Source of the DNA: Candidatus Diapherotrites archaeon CG08_land_8_20_14_0_20_30_16 | Lineage (GTDB): Archaea; Iainarchaeota; Iainarchaeia; Iainarchaeales; 0-14-0-20-30-16 | Assembly (NCBI GenBank): GCA_002779075.1 | Contig: PEXK01000052.1 | Coordinates: forward strand, 1-19,212 | Direction of reading: 5' to 3' | DNA: 19,212 bases | Shown: piece after piece, positions 1 through 9,137 of the stretch | How the letters are laid out: each line of letters begins with the position of its first letter | Position numbering within the stretch: the first letter of the stretch is position 1 | Program-made: the position numbers and the translations under genes | Notes under the pieces: model-generated | The model's input: the letters and a program-made list of their open reading frames with translations, nothing else | Told to the model about the DNA's origin: nothing | The model's database searches: none

Positions 1-3000
1 GTTGCAAACTGTGGATCTTTACTTGCCAGCCATTTAAAGAATTTTCCATAATCTCCTTTTGCTTTTGGAAGATTTGCTTGCAATTCTGCATGGCTTGATA
101 TTTCGAATCTCTGCATTGCTGATGCCATTTCTTCCTGCATACCAGTTATTGTATTTAATCTTGATGTATTAAATAAGCTCAAAATAAAAGCATCTTCAAC
201 TTCTTGTCTTACATCCCTTCCTGTTAATGCTCCTTTGTTTTCAAATAATTCTTTTGCTTTTTGCTCATCAGTTACCCCTGGCTGACTCTCTTTGTCATAA
301 TCATTAAATAAAGCACCAACAACAGGTATTTTTGCAAACCAATTATGCACGCCATCATACCAATGATCTCCAGAATCAATACCCAAAGCAACATTATTTC
401 TATGGTTTGCATACCAGCTTGTTAAACCTAAATCTACAGTTATAATACTACACTGTAAAGCAGCACCAGCCCATGCAAAGGGTCCCAAAAACTTTGCTTT
501 GCCAACAACCATTTCTGTTGCCATACATGCACCAAATCCTGCTACACTGGCTGCACCTATAGCAAGAGGCAGACCACTAGTAATATCACTTGCAAATGGT
601 TTCACATTATTTGAACTGCAAGTTGTATTTGGTGTTTTTCCAGAAATATAAATATTTTTGTTTTTCTCCTGTACCTCTTTCAATACTTCACAGCCATCTT
701 TTTGTATTTCTCCGCCTTCCCAATATACTTGTGCAAAGTATTGATTGTTTTTTAAACCAGAACCCAAAACACCAAAAATAAAATCTGCTGGTGGAACACC
801 ACAGGGTCTAAAGGATATTGATTCAACAAGGTCGTCACCAACAACAGGTCTGAAAACTAATTTCAGAGGATCTGCTTTATTGAAATTCTGTGCAACGCTG
901 GGATCACTAAAATCTATTTCTAAAATATATTCTTGTGGTCCACCCTTAAAAATACTGATATCTGAAACTTCATTATTCTGTTGATTAATAATTCTTGTTG
1001 TATATCCTTGTGGATTATCTGGTAATACAAATAGTTTTCCGCCACCGCCTACTGGTCCAATCAAACTAAACTTCACTGATTGCTTTCCAGATCCTGCAAG
1101 CACATCTTTTTTGCTTATTGATAATTTGTATGCTCCTTTCAAATCACTTGTTGATGAAACAAAATGTAATTTATCTTCTTCTTTTGTAATACAACCAATA
1201 AACCCTCCTTTAAGGGCTGCTTCAACAGAATTCAAAACATCTTGTCTTTTATCTGGTTTTGACACATCAATCTCTTTATTTACAGTGACAACAACCTGTG
1301 GATTTTCTTCTGCTTTCAATGAAATATCTAAAACCCTGTTTTCCAAACTTGCTCTTGTAAAAAATAATGTGTTTGATTTTCCTTGTGCTAATCTTTCTTG
1401 TGCAAAAAACTTTTTGCTGGCTTCTTTTGCTAATAAATCATAACCTACACCTACAAGACTTTTATCATAATCTGCATAACCTAGCAAAAATCCTGCAGTA
1501 TTATCAATTCCTGATTTACTATCTTTTGGCAAAAACAAAATTGCATTCTGAATTTCTGGTTTGCATTCAGGTGTATTTTCATAACCAGCTCTTGCAAGCA
1601 GACTAAATGAATCTTTTTGCATTGAACCATCACGTATCGCAAATGCGCCTTCCAATGTTATTGTGTACTTTCCGCATTTTGCAATAGACATATCAACAAA
1701 CAATTTATTGAACTGATATTCTGATTGTTCAACTAAATTAAAGCCCTGCAAAGGCAAAAGATTTACACTTTTTATTTGCGGAATACTTGCATTCAATACT
1801 TTTTCTAAATATTCTTCGCTTATTCTATCATGCATCAAATATAAAGTAAAGGGTGTGTATTCAATTCCTAATTTTTCAAAAGAACAGGATTTTGCTTCTG
1901 GTTTACAGCCTGTAGACTTTAAATCTTTTGTATATTTTGCACCTGCATTATTATACAATTCCAAATAACCCTTAATCTTTCCATGCAGATAATCTGATGC
2001 TGTCTGGCCATCACAATAAGCTGCCCCGCAATCAACAGAACTTGCAACTTTAGGAAATTTCACAGAAACTTTTGTATCGCTATCACAAACAGACATTTCT
2101 TTATCTAACGTTGGAAGGATATCTTTTCCTTTAGCAGTTCTTCCAAACTCAAATCTATAATTTACTGCTAATTCATAAATCTTATTTGTTTGAAGGCCTA
2201 TTGCTTTAAAAATAATTGGTTGTGTCCAACTCAATTCACTGCCTGCAAAAACAACTGATTTCAAAGTTAATGCTTGTTTAGGAAGGATTTGTTGGTTTCC
2301 TGCATTTTCTGCATTTTCTGCAGTTACTTCCAAACTGACTTTGTCCTTTATATTTTGCGATATGGGCAGATCCAATTTAATAGGTTCTGCACAATCATTC
2401 TGGATTGTCAGATTATCATTAGGTGGTAAGTAAACCTCTAACTTGCCAGAAATAAAAGATAATTCGCTTCCTGGAATAACTGCTTTAACACATTTGGGTG
2501 ATGAGATACTTAAAAATAATGGTATGCTTGCTTCTACAGGCTGGCTGTCAACAGAACTTACTCCTCTTACTAATATAGTATATGCAGTAATCACATTTGC
2601 TTTTTGTGTGTAAGGTGGTTGAATATATAACTGCGATAACCCTGTTTGATTTGGCATAATATATGGCAAAACTCTTGGATTTGGGCTGATGTTTACACGA
2701 ACATTTGTTTGGCTAGCCTGTGCAACACCTTGAGGCGTCCAATTATTGTATGGTGATAAACTGCTTTTATAATTTCCCCAAGGATCGTAAAGTGATTGTG
2801 TTTGCGGGCCATTCAAAAGAGGATTATAATACTCAGATGCAGGCACATCACTATAAGGGACGCCTGTTGTGAAAGGACTTGCATTATATGGCAAAAGCAT
2901 TACAGTTACATTTCTTAATGGTACACTTCCCAAATTGTTGATGAAAAGAGGCATAGTAACAATCTGATCTGCTGACAAAAATAATTGTGGATTTGGCACA

Positions 3001-6000
3001 GAAATATAAAGTTGCCCAAAGCTATGGATCAAATTTAAATGTAGGGGTAATTGTTTTATAAAATATCCTGTGTCTAAGTTCAGGAATAATTCTGCTTTGA
3101 TACTTTGTCCTTGTACAACCCCTCTTGATGTTAATGAAAATCTTAATGGTTTCTGTTCTCCTCTTTTCAAACTAATTGCACTTGCACTAAAATCAACACT
3201 TTGCGCAATTTCATTGAAGTCTCTAAAAACCAAAAATGGCGATAATTGCACAAAATCAAATTCACATTCATTTCTCAAATTCAATATGCCCTCAAATCTT
3301 TTGGCCTGCGTATCGTAAAGTGTTGCATTCAGTTCTGTAGGATCTGCAACCAAACAAGAGCTGTCTAATTCTGAATTTGCAATAAAAGATAAATGAATAA
3401 CCTGTCTTACAATTTCATTTCCATTTATTGTTCCACTTATTACTAAATCTTGATCGCCATATATTATTTGGTCGGTTTCAGTACTGACTGTTACTATTAA
3501 TTTAGTATCTGATTGTGGCAAAAGATTTGATTTCACAAATCTATAACTCACAACAAATGCTTTTGCATCGTCTCTTAAAACATCGCTACTTAATTTCAAA
3601 ACAGGATACTGCGAAATATTGCTTACAACAATTTCATAATCTCTTTGCTTTTTTCCTGGCGGAATCTTTATTTCATGTTCTGATTTTATACTCAAAACAC
3701 CAAATCTTGTAACAATAAAATTGCCTCTGACTGTGACATGTTGCTGTGCTCTAACTTCATAATTATAAACACCAGATGGCAATTCACTTATAACATATGT
3801 TCCATCCTTCCCTTTCTGTTGTGTATTATCTCCTTTCACTAAAACAGTTGCCAAACCTTTATCTTCTGTTACTGTGATAATAGCATTTGATATTTTTCCT
3901 TGCGTATCAGAAACATTGAATATTATTGGTTTCCCAAATTCAATATACCCATTACCATTCAAATTTACATTCAATGTTCTTTGGCCATCAATTCTAAAAT
4001 CAAAATTCTTTTGCAATCCAATAATTGGTGCAGTCATAGAAATTGTTGCAGTTCCTTGCTGCTTTGCATTAAAATACAACCTGAATTTTTTGTGTTCCCC
4101 TTTTTTCAAAACTAGACTGTAACTTAGAGATTCTAACTCTGTTTCTTTGGGATTGAAATTCATTAAATCCTCATCTAACCCATTAAGCACAATTGTTTTT
4201 AATAAATTATTTGCATTGAAATCAAGTCTTGTTGAAGCATCGCTAGGGCTGTAAAAATCAAAATCTATTGCATAAAATTCGTCAACAACTGCTGAAAATT
4301 CACTATATTTAGTAAAGCCATCAGTAAAAGAATAAGAATAACAAACGCTGGATACTGAAGAGCATTCAAACAAACTAGAAAATACTTCTATTTCTTCAGA
4401 ATATGTATTAGAATGCAACTTTTTTAATTTAGAATTCTGGACAGAAACATCTGATTTTGGATCTGTATGATAAGAATTTCCATCAAAAGAATCTGCCCTG
4501 TAATAAACATATAATTTGTTTAAATCCAAAGCATTAGAAACATTTACTTTCACTTTAAATTCTGTAAAGCCTTTAGGATTTTCATAAATAATGTTTGCCC
4601 ATTTATTTCTTATTCCAGATCTTCCAAACACCTGTAAATCTTTTACAAAACTCTCATCAGTATTTTCAGTATAATATAAACCATATTCTTTCTTTGTTCC
4701 TATTGAGTCTACTCCTAAAATTGCATACTGCATGGACTTTACTGGTTCATTTTCTTTGCCCAATCTAACATGTGCTTCACCTTTTGTTTGTCCTTTAGGC
4801 CAGATTAATGAAAACTTCAAATAATATGTGCCCCCTATTTTTACTCCATTTACTTTATTTGCGTAGGCATCATATATTCCTACAAAAGATATTTTAGGAT
4901 CTTTTGTAATATCTAATTCTGTTAAGAGGATTTCCATCTTTTCTGATACGTCCACTAATTTGGTGTATATGTTTCCTTTGCCATCAACAACAGTTACTTC
5001 AACTTCTTTTGCCCCATTAGACAAAAACTCTACTTTGCCTAATCCTGTATTTCCATCGAACAAAACAGAGGTTTCTGTTTTTATAGTCAACCCACCATTT
5101 TTCAGTGGCTGACCATTTGGTCCATAAATATATAATTTACTTGTTTTCTGTTTTGTTGTTAATGTTATTTCTATTTTATTATCTCCGCTCACTAAAAGTG
5201 CATCTTGTGTACCTTCTAAATCTTCTGTACTTATTGTCACCTGAATATTGTTGTTCGGTTCTAAAATAGTTGTAAATAATCCTGTAATTGCTGTTCTATT
5301 ATCAGGCAAATAAACAGGAAGATTCTTTTCTCCAATTATAGAAATATCCACGCTTGCATTTGCAATTGGCTTGTTATCTACATTGGCTGCAAAAATATTT
5401 ATTTTAGCCGCAGTTGAAAAATTTATCTTTTTAAGTATCAATATTATTGGAGGCAGGGTTTCAGAATCAACATACTGGGTAACAGGATAAAAATTTCCCA
5501 AAGCATAAGCAGATACATATGCTCCACGTTTTACATCAATGCCAGAAAACTCTACAACACCTAAAAAATCTGTTGTTTTCGTATCAATAATTAATCCATT
5601 TTCTGAATACAATGCTACTGTTGCTCCTGGAACATTCTGTTTTGTTTCGTCTCTCACAATAACACTAATTTTTGTTCCGCCTAAATCCAGATAAACATTA
5701 ATTCCCAAAGAATTTTGTCTGAGAGTTATATTTTTGTTTTTATCCTGCGAATCAAAAGTAATAAAATCTTCTTTTGAAACAACATATCTCAGTTCGATTC
5801 CTTTTTGAATGTTTATAGGCAATTTTCCTTGAGCATCAGTATAATCTTCAGCAATTAATTTTTTGTCACTAGAGTATAATTGCACTTTTACTTTTTCTAA
5901 AGGCAATCCATTAGCAGAAGTTACAGTGAAAGTTATTGTCCCTTTTTCTCCTGTTGCTATACTCTTAGGTTCTAAAATTAAATCAGTTATTTTTCCATTT

Positions 6001-6689
6001 GCAGGCACTTCAATAGTTTGAAAATCCAAATAGCCATCTTTATTAATTTTTATTGTTAATGGCCCCTGCAAAGAAATTCCTGACAATAAAACAATTCCTG
6101 AATCATCAGATTTTGTTGAAAATAAAAGCTCGCCATCAGAATAAACATTTACATCAGCACCAGGGATTATTGTTTGAAATTCTTTATCAACTAAACGCAG
6201 TTGCATACTTCCTATTTTTTCTTCTTTGGTAAAAGTAATTATTTTATACATTTTTTTACCAGAAACAATAATTTCCAGTGGCCCGACAAAAGTATAGCCT
6301 TCTAATTGTCCAATTACTTTCAAACTGTCTCCGTCTGAAACACCATTTAAAGTAATACTTTGCCCATCTGTAGTCAATTCATTATACAATTGGTCTTCGC
6401 CAAAACCAATTGTTAGAAGAACGTTATCTAATTTATTTTTTCCCATGTCTTCAAAATTTACCTGTAAAACAATACTTGATTTGAAAATCAAAAGTGAAAT
6501 CAGCACTATAACTATAATAATCAGAAGAATCAAAAATATAGAAAACCACATTGCAGGAATGCCGTGTCCTTCCAAAAAATTATTATATCTTTGAAGAGGT
6601 ATACCCTTTTCTGTTAAGAAATCGCTAAGGCCTTGGTATTTTTCCTGCAGTTTTGCATTTATTTTTGAAAAAAAGTTCCCTAAACCCAT
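1..6689 (-). CDS. Giant membrane-anchored surface protein, partial (>2,229 aa; the C-terminus lies beyond the left window edge), with tandem carboxypeptidase-regulatory/PEGA-like beta-sandwich repeats
   Basis: This ORF is absent from the ORF track because it has no stop inside the window. Manual reverse-complement translation starts at the ATG at 6689-6687, the first start after the in-frame TGA at 6725-6723. The frame stays open down to position 3; I spot-checked codon by codon at 1-60, 421-600, 1021-1080, 2401-2460, 3661-3720, 5401-5460 and 6121-6689. The track lists no complete minus-strand ORF in 1-7000, which agrees. The N-terminus is MGLGNFFSKINAKLQEKYQGLSDFLTEKGIPLQRYNNFLEGHGIPA, followed by the hydrophobic span MWFSIFLILLIIIVIVLISLLIF (a signal anchor). 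Repeated modules follow, such as MQLRLVDKEFQTIIPGADVNVYSDGELLFSTKSDDSGIVLL, ITFTVTSANGLPLEKVKVQLYSSDKKLIAEDYTDAQGKLPI and ISVIVRDETKQNVPGATVALYSENGLIIDTKTTDFLGVVEF. A Gly/Ala-rich hydrophobic stretch (GLPLAIGAASVAGFGACMATEMVVGKAKFLGPFAWAGAALQCSIITV) lies at about 430-600. Confidence 0.85.
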   Translation of the reverse strand, partial: MGLGNFFSKINAKLQEKYQGLSDFLTEKGIPLQRYNNFLEGHGIPAMWFSIFLILLIIIVIVLISLLIFKSSIVLQVNFEDMGKNKLDNVLLTIGFGEDQLYNELTTDGQSITLNGVSDGDSLKVIGQLEGYTFVGPLEIIVSGKKMYKIITFTKEEKIGSMQLRLVDKEFQTIIPGADVNVYSDGELLFSTKSDDSGIVLLSGISLQGPLTIKINKDGYLDFQTIEVPANGKITDLILEPKSIATGEKGTITFTVTSANGLPLEKVKVQLYSSDKKLIAEDYTDAQGKLPINIQKGIELRYVVSKEDFITFDSQDKNKNITLRQNSLGINVYLDLGGTKISVIVRDETKQNVPGATVALYSENGLIIDTKTTDFLGVVEFSGIDVKRGAYVSAYALGNFYPVTQYVDSETLPPIILILKKINFSTAAKINIFAANVDNKPIANASVDISIIGEKNLPVYLPDNRTAITGLFTTILEPNNNIQVTISTEDLEGTQDALLVSGDNKIEITLTTKQKTSKLYIYGPNGQPLKNGGLTIKTETSVLFDGNTGLGKVEFLSNGAKEVEVTVVDGKGNIYTKLVDVSEKMEILLTELDITKDPKISFVGIYDAYANKVNGVKIGGTYYLKFSLIWPKGQTKGEAHVRLGKENEPVKSMQYAILGVDSIGTKKEYGLYYTENTDESFVKDLQVFGRSGIRNKWANIIYENPKGFTEFKVKVNVSNALDLNKLYVYYRADSFDGNSYHTDPKSDVSVQNSKLKKLHSNTYSEEIEVFSSLFECSSVSSVCYSYSFTDGFTKYSEFSAVVDEFYAIDFDFYSPSDASTRLDFNANNLLKTIVLNGLDEDLMNFNPKETELESLSYSLVLKKGEHKKFRLYFNAKQQGTATISMTAPIIGLQKNFDFRIDGQRTLNVNLNGNGYIEFGKPIIFNVSDTQGKISNAIITVTEDKGLATVLVKGDNTQQKGKDGTYVISELPSGVYNYEVRAQQHVTVRGNFIVTRFGVLSIKSEHEIKIPPGKKQRDYEIVVSNISQYPVLKLSSDVLRDDAKAFVVSYRFVKSNLLPQSDTKLIVTVSTETDQIIYGDQDLVISGTINGNEIVRQVIHLSFIANSELDSSCLVADPTELNATLYDTQAKRFEGILNLRNECEFDFVQLSPFLVFRDFNEIAQSVDFSASAISLKRGEQKPLRFSLTSRGVVQGQSIKAELFLNLDTGYFIKQLPLHLNLIHSFGQLYISVPNPQLFLSADQIVTMPLFINNLGSVPLRNVTVMLLPYNASPFTTGVPYSDVPASEYYNPLLNGPQTQSLYDPWGNYKSSLSPYNNWTPQGVAQASQTNVRVNISPNPRVLPYIMPNQTGLSQLYIQPPYTQKANVITAYTILVRGVSSVDSQPVEASIPLFLSISSPKCVKAVIPGSELSFISGKLEVYLPPNDNLTIQNDCAEPIKLDLPISQNIKDKVSLEVTAENAENAGNQQILPKQALTLKSVVFAGSELSWTQPIIFKAIGLQTNKIYELAVNYRFEFGRTAKGKDILPTLDKEMSVCDSDTKVSVKFPKVASSVDCGAAYCDGQTASDYLHGKIKGYLELYNNAGAKYTKDLKSTGCKPEAKSCSFEKLGIEYTPFTLYLMHDRISEEYLEKVLNASIPQIKSVNLLPLQGFNLVEQSEYQFNKLFVDMSIAKCGKYTITLEGAFAIRDGSMQKDSFSLLARAGYENTPECKPEIQNAILFLPKDSKSGIDNTAGFLLGYADYDKSLVGVGYDLLAKEASKKFFAQERLAQGKSNTLFFTRASLENRVLDISLKAEENPQVVVTVNKEIDVSKPDKRQDVLNSVEAALKGGFIGCITKEEDKLHFVSSTSDLKGAYKLSISKKDVLAGSGKQSVKFSLIGPVGGGGKLFVLPDNPQGYTTRIINQQNNEVSDISIFKGGPQEYILEIDFSDPSVAQNFNKADPLKLVFRPVVGDDLVESISFRPCGVPPADFIFGVLGSGLKNNQYFAQVYWEGGEIQKDGCEVLKEVQEKNKNIYISGKTPNTTCSSNNVKPFASDITSGLPLAIGAASVAGFGACMATEMVVGKAKFLGPFAWAGAALQCSIITVDLGLTSWYANHRNNVALGIDSGDHWYDGVHNWFAKIPVVGALFNDYDKESQPGVTDEQKAKELFENKGALTGRDVRQEVEDAFILSLFNTSRLNTITGMQEEMASAMQRFEISSHAELQANLPKAKGDYGKFFKWLASKDPQFA

Positions 6690-6793
6690 AAAAATACCTT
6701 TTTGTGGGAATCTGTCATAATTTCAGAATTTAATGAAGAAATTAGGACTGTCCCATTCCAATCCCATCTATATTATAATATTACTTATTAGTA

Positions 6794-6801
6794 TTTATAA
6801 A
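6794..6801 (-). promoter_or_regulatory. Candidate TATA box (TTTATAAA, palindromic) upstream of the giant gene
   Basis: This is the same exact octamer that sits at canonical distance from tRNA-Gln and from the leaderless start at 17501. Here it would imply a 5' UTR of about 80 nt. The intergenic region is very AT-rich, so a chance occurrence is likely. Confidence 0.25.
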
Positions 6802-7071
6802 TGTATATATATAAAGCTCTGTAGAAACCCAATTAAATATGTACAAATCAAACACCATATTAACATCTTTATGTCTGAGCAATAGGAAACAAATTTAGAA
6901 GTTATTGTTATTGCAAGAATATAAAATAACAAAAAGATAGACAATAAAAAAGACAGATCAAAATACAAGTAATTCTCAGATACAATATTTAAGAGTATAT
7001 AGTGTATAAGGATTAATAAAGATTACGATTAGTTCTAAAACAATAAAAGTAAAGTACTTGTATTTTTATCA

Positions 7072-8061
7072 TTATGGTTTGGTTGTCAGATTTATTGTAT
7101 TTAATTGCTTTTCTGGATTATAAACTCTCCAAAATATTGGACATCCACCAAAACAAAAATTAATTCTAGAACAAAGAGTGCATTCTTTTATTGGCCTGTG
7201 AGATATCTTTGCTCTAACCGAATTAAGTTCAGACCACATTTTTTCAAAATTGTTGTAGGAAATATTACTATTAATTTTTGCAATTGGAAAATCGACCCAA
7301 TGAGTGCAAGGCAAAATATTATTATTACTATCTATAACCAAACCACTTCCTGAAAAAATATGACAATTAAAATTATAGTGTTTTTTTAGATCATTTGGAA
7401 CTAAACAAGATGGAACAGGTGTAACAACCGAAAATGTCGCACCACTGTATTTTTTTATTAACCGTCTTAATAGGGGATTAAATTTCTTTGTGAATTCATC
7501 TGGCGAAAAAGTAATATTATTTTTTCTAAAGTTCGTAACTATATTATATCCAAAACGTTTAATTCCGAGATTGTATAGTTCATCTATTAATTTAGATAAA
7601 CTTGAAAAATTTGATTTGCTAATTGCTGTATTTGTGGATAATATCTTTATATTATAATTAAATACATTTTTTATTGCTTTTCTAATAAAATTATATGCTT
7701 GTTGGTTATCTACAATTATATTGTGTAAATCTTTTGGACCTTCAATCGAAATGGTTATGCCCTTTAATTTGGGCAGTATTGTTTTACACAAAGACTTTCT
7801 TGAAAAACCAAGACCATTTGTTACTACAAAAACATTGAAACCCCCATTATACAACATATTTACAATCTCTTCAAAATTAGGGTGTAATGTGGGCTCGCCG
7901 CCAATTAATATTATCTTTTTTGGTTTTATTTTATTAAATAAGTGAATAAAATTTCTTATGGTATCTAAGGTCATAATTCCTCCTCTTTTTTTATAATAAC
8001 AAAATTCACAATTATTATTGCATTGAGAAATTATTGTTAGCCACACAGTAGATATTGTCAT
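7072..8061 (-). CDS. Radical SAM enzyme with a C-terminal SPASM-type auxiliary Fe-S domain (putative peptide maturase)
   Basis: The CxxxCxxC motif is CNNNCEFC; its codons were verified at 8022-7999. A GGEP SAM-binding motif is present (ILIGGEPTLHP). The C-terminal region reads CHIFSGSGLVIDSNNNILPC ... ECTLCSRINFCFGGCP, which gives an exact Cx2Cx5Cx3C SPASM signature at about 7141-7365. The start is most likely the ATG at 8061, forming a TAATG overlap with the upstream stop. The track's TTG at 8067 is the alternative. Confidence 0.9.
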   Translation of the reverse strand: MTISTVWLTIISQCNNNCEFCYYKKRGGIMTLDTIRNFIHLFNKIKPKKIILIGGEPTLHPNFEEIVNMLYNGGFNVFVVTNGLGFSRKSLCKTILPKLKGITISIEGPKDLHNIIVDNQQAYNFIRKAIKNVFNYNIKILSTNTAISKSNFSSLSKLIDELYNLGIKRFGYNIVTNFRKNNITFSPDEFTKKFNPLLRRLIKKYSGATFSVVTPVPSCLVPNDLKKHYNFNCHIFSGSGLVIDSNNNILPCTHWVDFPIAKINSNISYNNFEKMWSELNSVRAKISHRPIKECTLCSRINFCFGGCPIFWRVYNPEKQLNTINLTTKP

Positions 8062-8750
8062 TAGCAATCCTCTTCAAAAAAATAAGTCCCATATATTCCC
8101 ATAATAAGAAAATCTTCTTCTTCAGACAATATCATTATTTTACTATAAAATTCGTTCTCGTGTTTTATGGGCGCTTTAAAAAGTGGCTTTGTTTTCAAAT
8201 AGAATTCTTTTATTTTATCAGAATAACATTTCTGCTTTGGCAAATACCCATATTTAATTTTAATAAGCATTTGCCTAAATTTAAAATCCACAAAAAAATA
8301 ATTGTATGGAATTAATGAGTAATCTATTGATTTTAATAAAACAAAATATTCCTGAGATCTACATTCACTAATATATGTTTCAAAAATATATTTATATGCA
8401 AGATAATCTGCCAAACAGGTCTTTAGATCTTTTGGGTATTTATTTTTATCAAAAAAGGCATCATAGATTTTTTCGCGTAACGAAAATATTGTTTTGTCTG
8501 CTTGTTTCATATACCTCAAATCTATTGCTTTTATTTTGTTTTTTAGTTGTGTATTATATTTGGCATTAACTTTTAATTTGTACTTTTTTCCTGATTCTTT
8601 TTCAATCTCAATTACTTCATGCAAAAGTATTTCTTTTCCTAAAAAAGATTCAAACATTTTTAAATAAGCCATTTTATTGATTTCATAAAAAAATTGTGAA
8701 AATGGCTTCCAATCAAATACCATAAAACTATTTATTTGAATTTCTCGCAT
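8061..8750 (-). CDS. Hypothetical protein (229 aa ORFan) in the rSAM operon
   Basis: This is a complete ORF. Its ATG (8750-8748) directly abuts the TAA of the upstream gene (TAAATG), and its own TAA overlaps the ATG of the rSAM gene by 1 nt. The protein is rich in Tyr, Phe and Lys and looks largely helical. I recognise no P-loop, ATP-grasp, HD or other catalytic motif. Confidence 0.7.
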   Translation of the reverse strand: MREIQINSFMVFDWKPFSQFFYEINKMAYLKMFESFLGKEILLHEVIEIEKESGKKYKLKVNAKYNTQLKNKIKAIDLRYMKQADKTIFSLREKIYDAFFDKNKYPKDLKTCLADYLAYKYIFETYISECRSQEYFVLLKSIDYSLIPYNYFFVDFKFRQMLIKIKYGYLPKQKCYSDKIKEFYLKTKPLFKAPIKHENEFYSKIMILSEEEDFLIMGIYGTYFFEEDC

Positions 8751-9086
8751 TTAAGAATCCTCTTTAACAACAAAATGTTTTTCATTTAAATCTATTGATA
8801 TGCTTGTGTTGGGTTTTAACATATCAAAAGAGTTAGTTCCTAAAATAACAGGTATTTTAAGTTCTCTGCTTATAATTAATGCATGACTCAAAATACTCCC
8901 ATTTTTAATAATTAGTAATTTATAATCCGAAACAAAAGGAATTCTATTCATTTGTAAAGTGGATAAAAACAATATTTTATTTTGTTTATTATCTTCAGTA
9001 TAATCTGGCTTTTCAAATTTTATAACTTGTCCAGAAATGTTGTTGTTTCCGTAAGACATGATATATTTAGCATTAAATTTAACCAA
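8751..9086 (-). CDS. Stand-alone PEP-utilising-enzyme mobile (swivelling phosphohistidine) domain protein, 111 aa
   Basis: The sequence ISGQVIKF...KILFLSTLQMNRIPFVSDYKLLIIKNGSILSHALIISRELKIPVILGTNSFDMLKPNTSISIDLNEKHFVV follows the PF00391-type pattern: G.xSHaaIvaRElgIPav.G, then ...v.vDg..g.v. The putative phospho-acceptor His is residue 68; its CAT codon was verified at 8885-8883. The TTG start at 9086 is preceded by GGTGAT (9096-9091) with a 4-nt spacer. The ATG at 9059 is an alternative start. Confidence 0.8.
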   Translation of the reverse strand: MVKFNAKYIMSYGNNNISGQVIKFEKPDYTEDNKQNKILFLSTLQMNRIPFVSDYKLLIIKNGSILSHALIISRELKIPVILGTNSFDMLKPNTSISIDLNEKHFVVKEDS

Positions 9087-9137
9087 TTAGATCACCAGTT
9101 TAATATTTTTAATTAAAAATATAAATTTAAATTACAA

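Noticed and set aside
590-4122. Eight short plus-strand track ORFs (63-110 aa) between 590 and 4122
   Set aside because: All lie antisense to the continuous giant minus-strand ORF. Their translations are low-complexity and rich in Leu, Phe, Ser and Cys, as expected for shadow frames of AT-rich coding DNA, and they contain no motifs.
6690-7071. A 380-bp AT-rich intergenic spacer, examined for ncRNA, repeats or mobile-element ends
   Set aside because: I found no stable hairpins, direct or inverted repeats, or C/D or H/ACA box patterns. It most likely holds only the terminator of the rSAM operon (a T-rich tract on the minus strand at 7037-7048) and the promoter of the giant gene.
7105-8569. Plus-strand track ORFs at 7105..7353, 7721..7945, 8055..8315 and 8375..8569
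   Set aside because: These lie antisense to the rSAM and ORFan genes, which have strong motif or coupling evidence. They are shadow ORFs.
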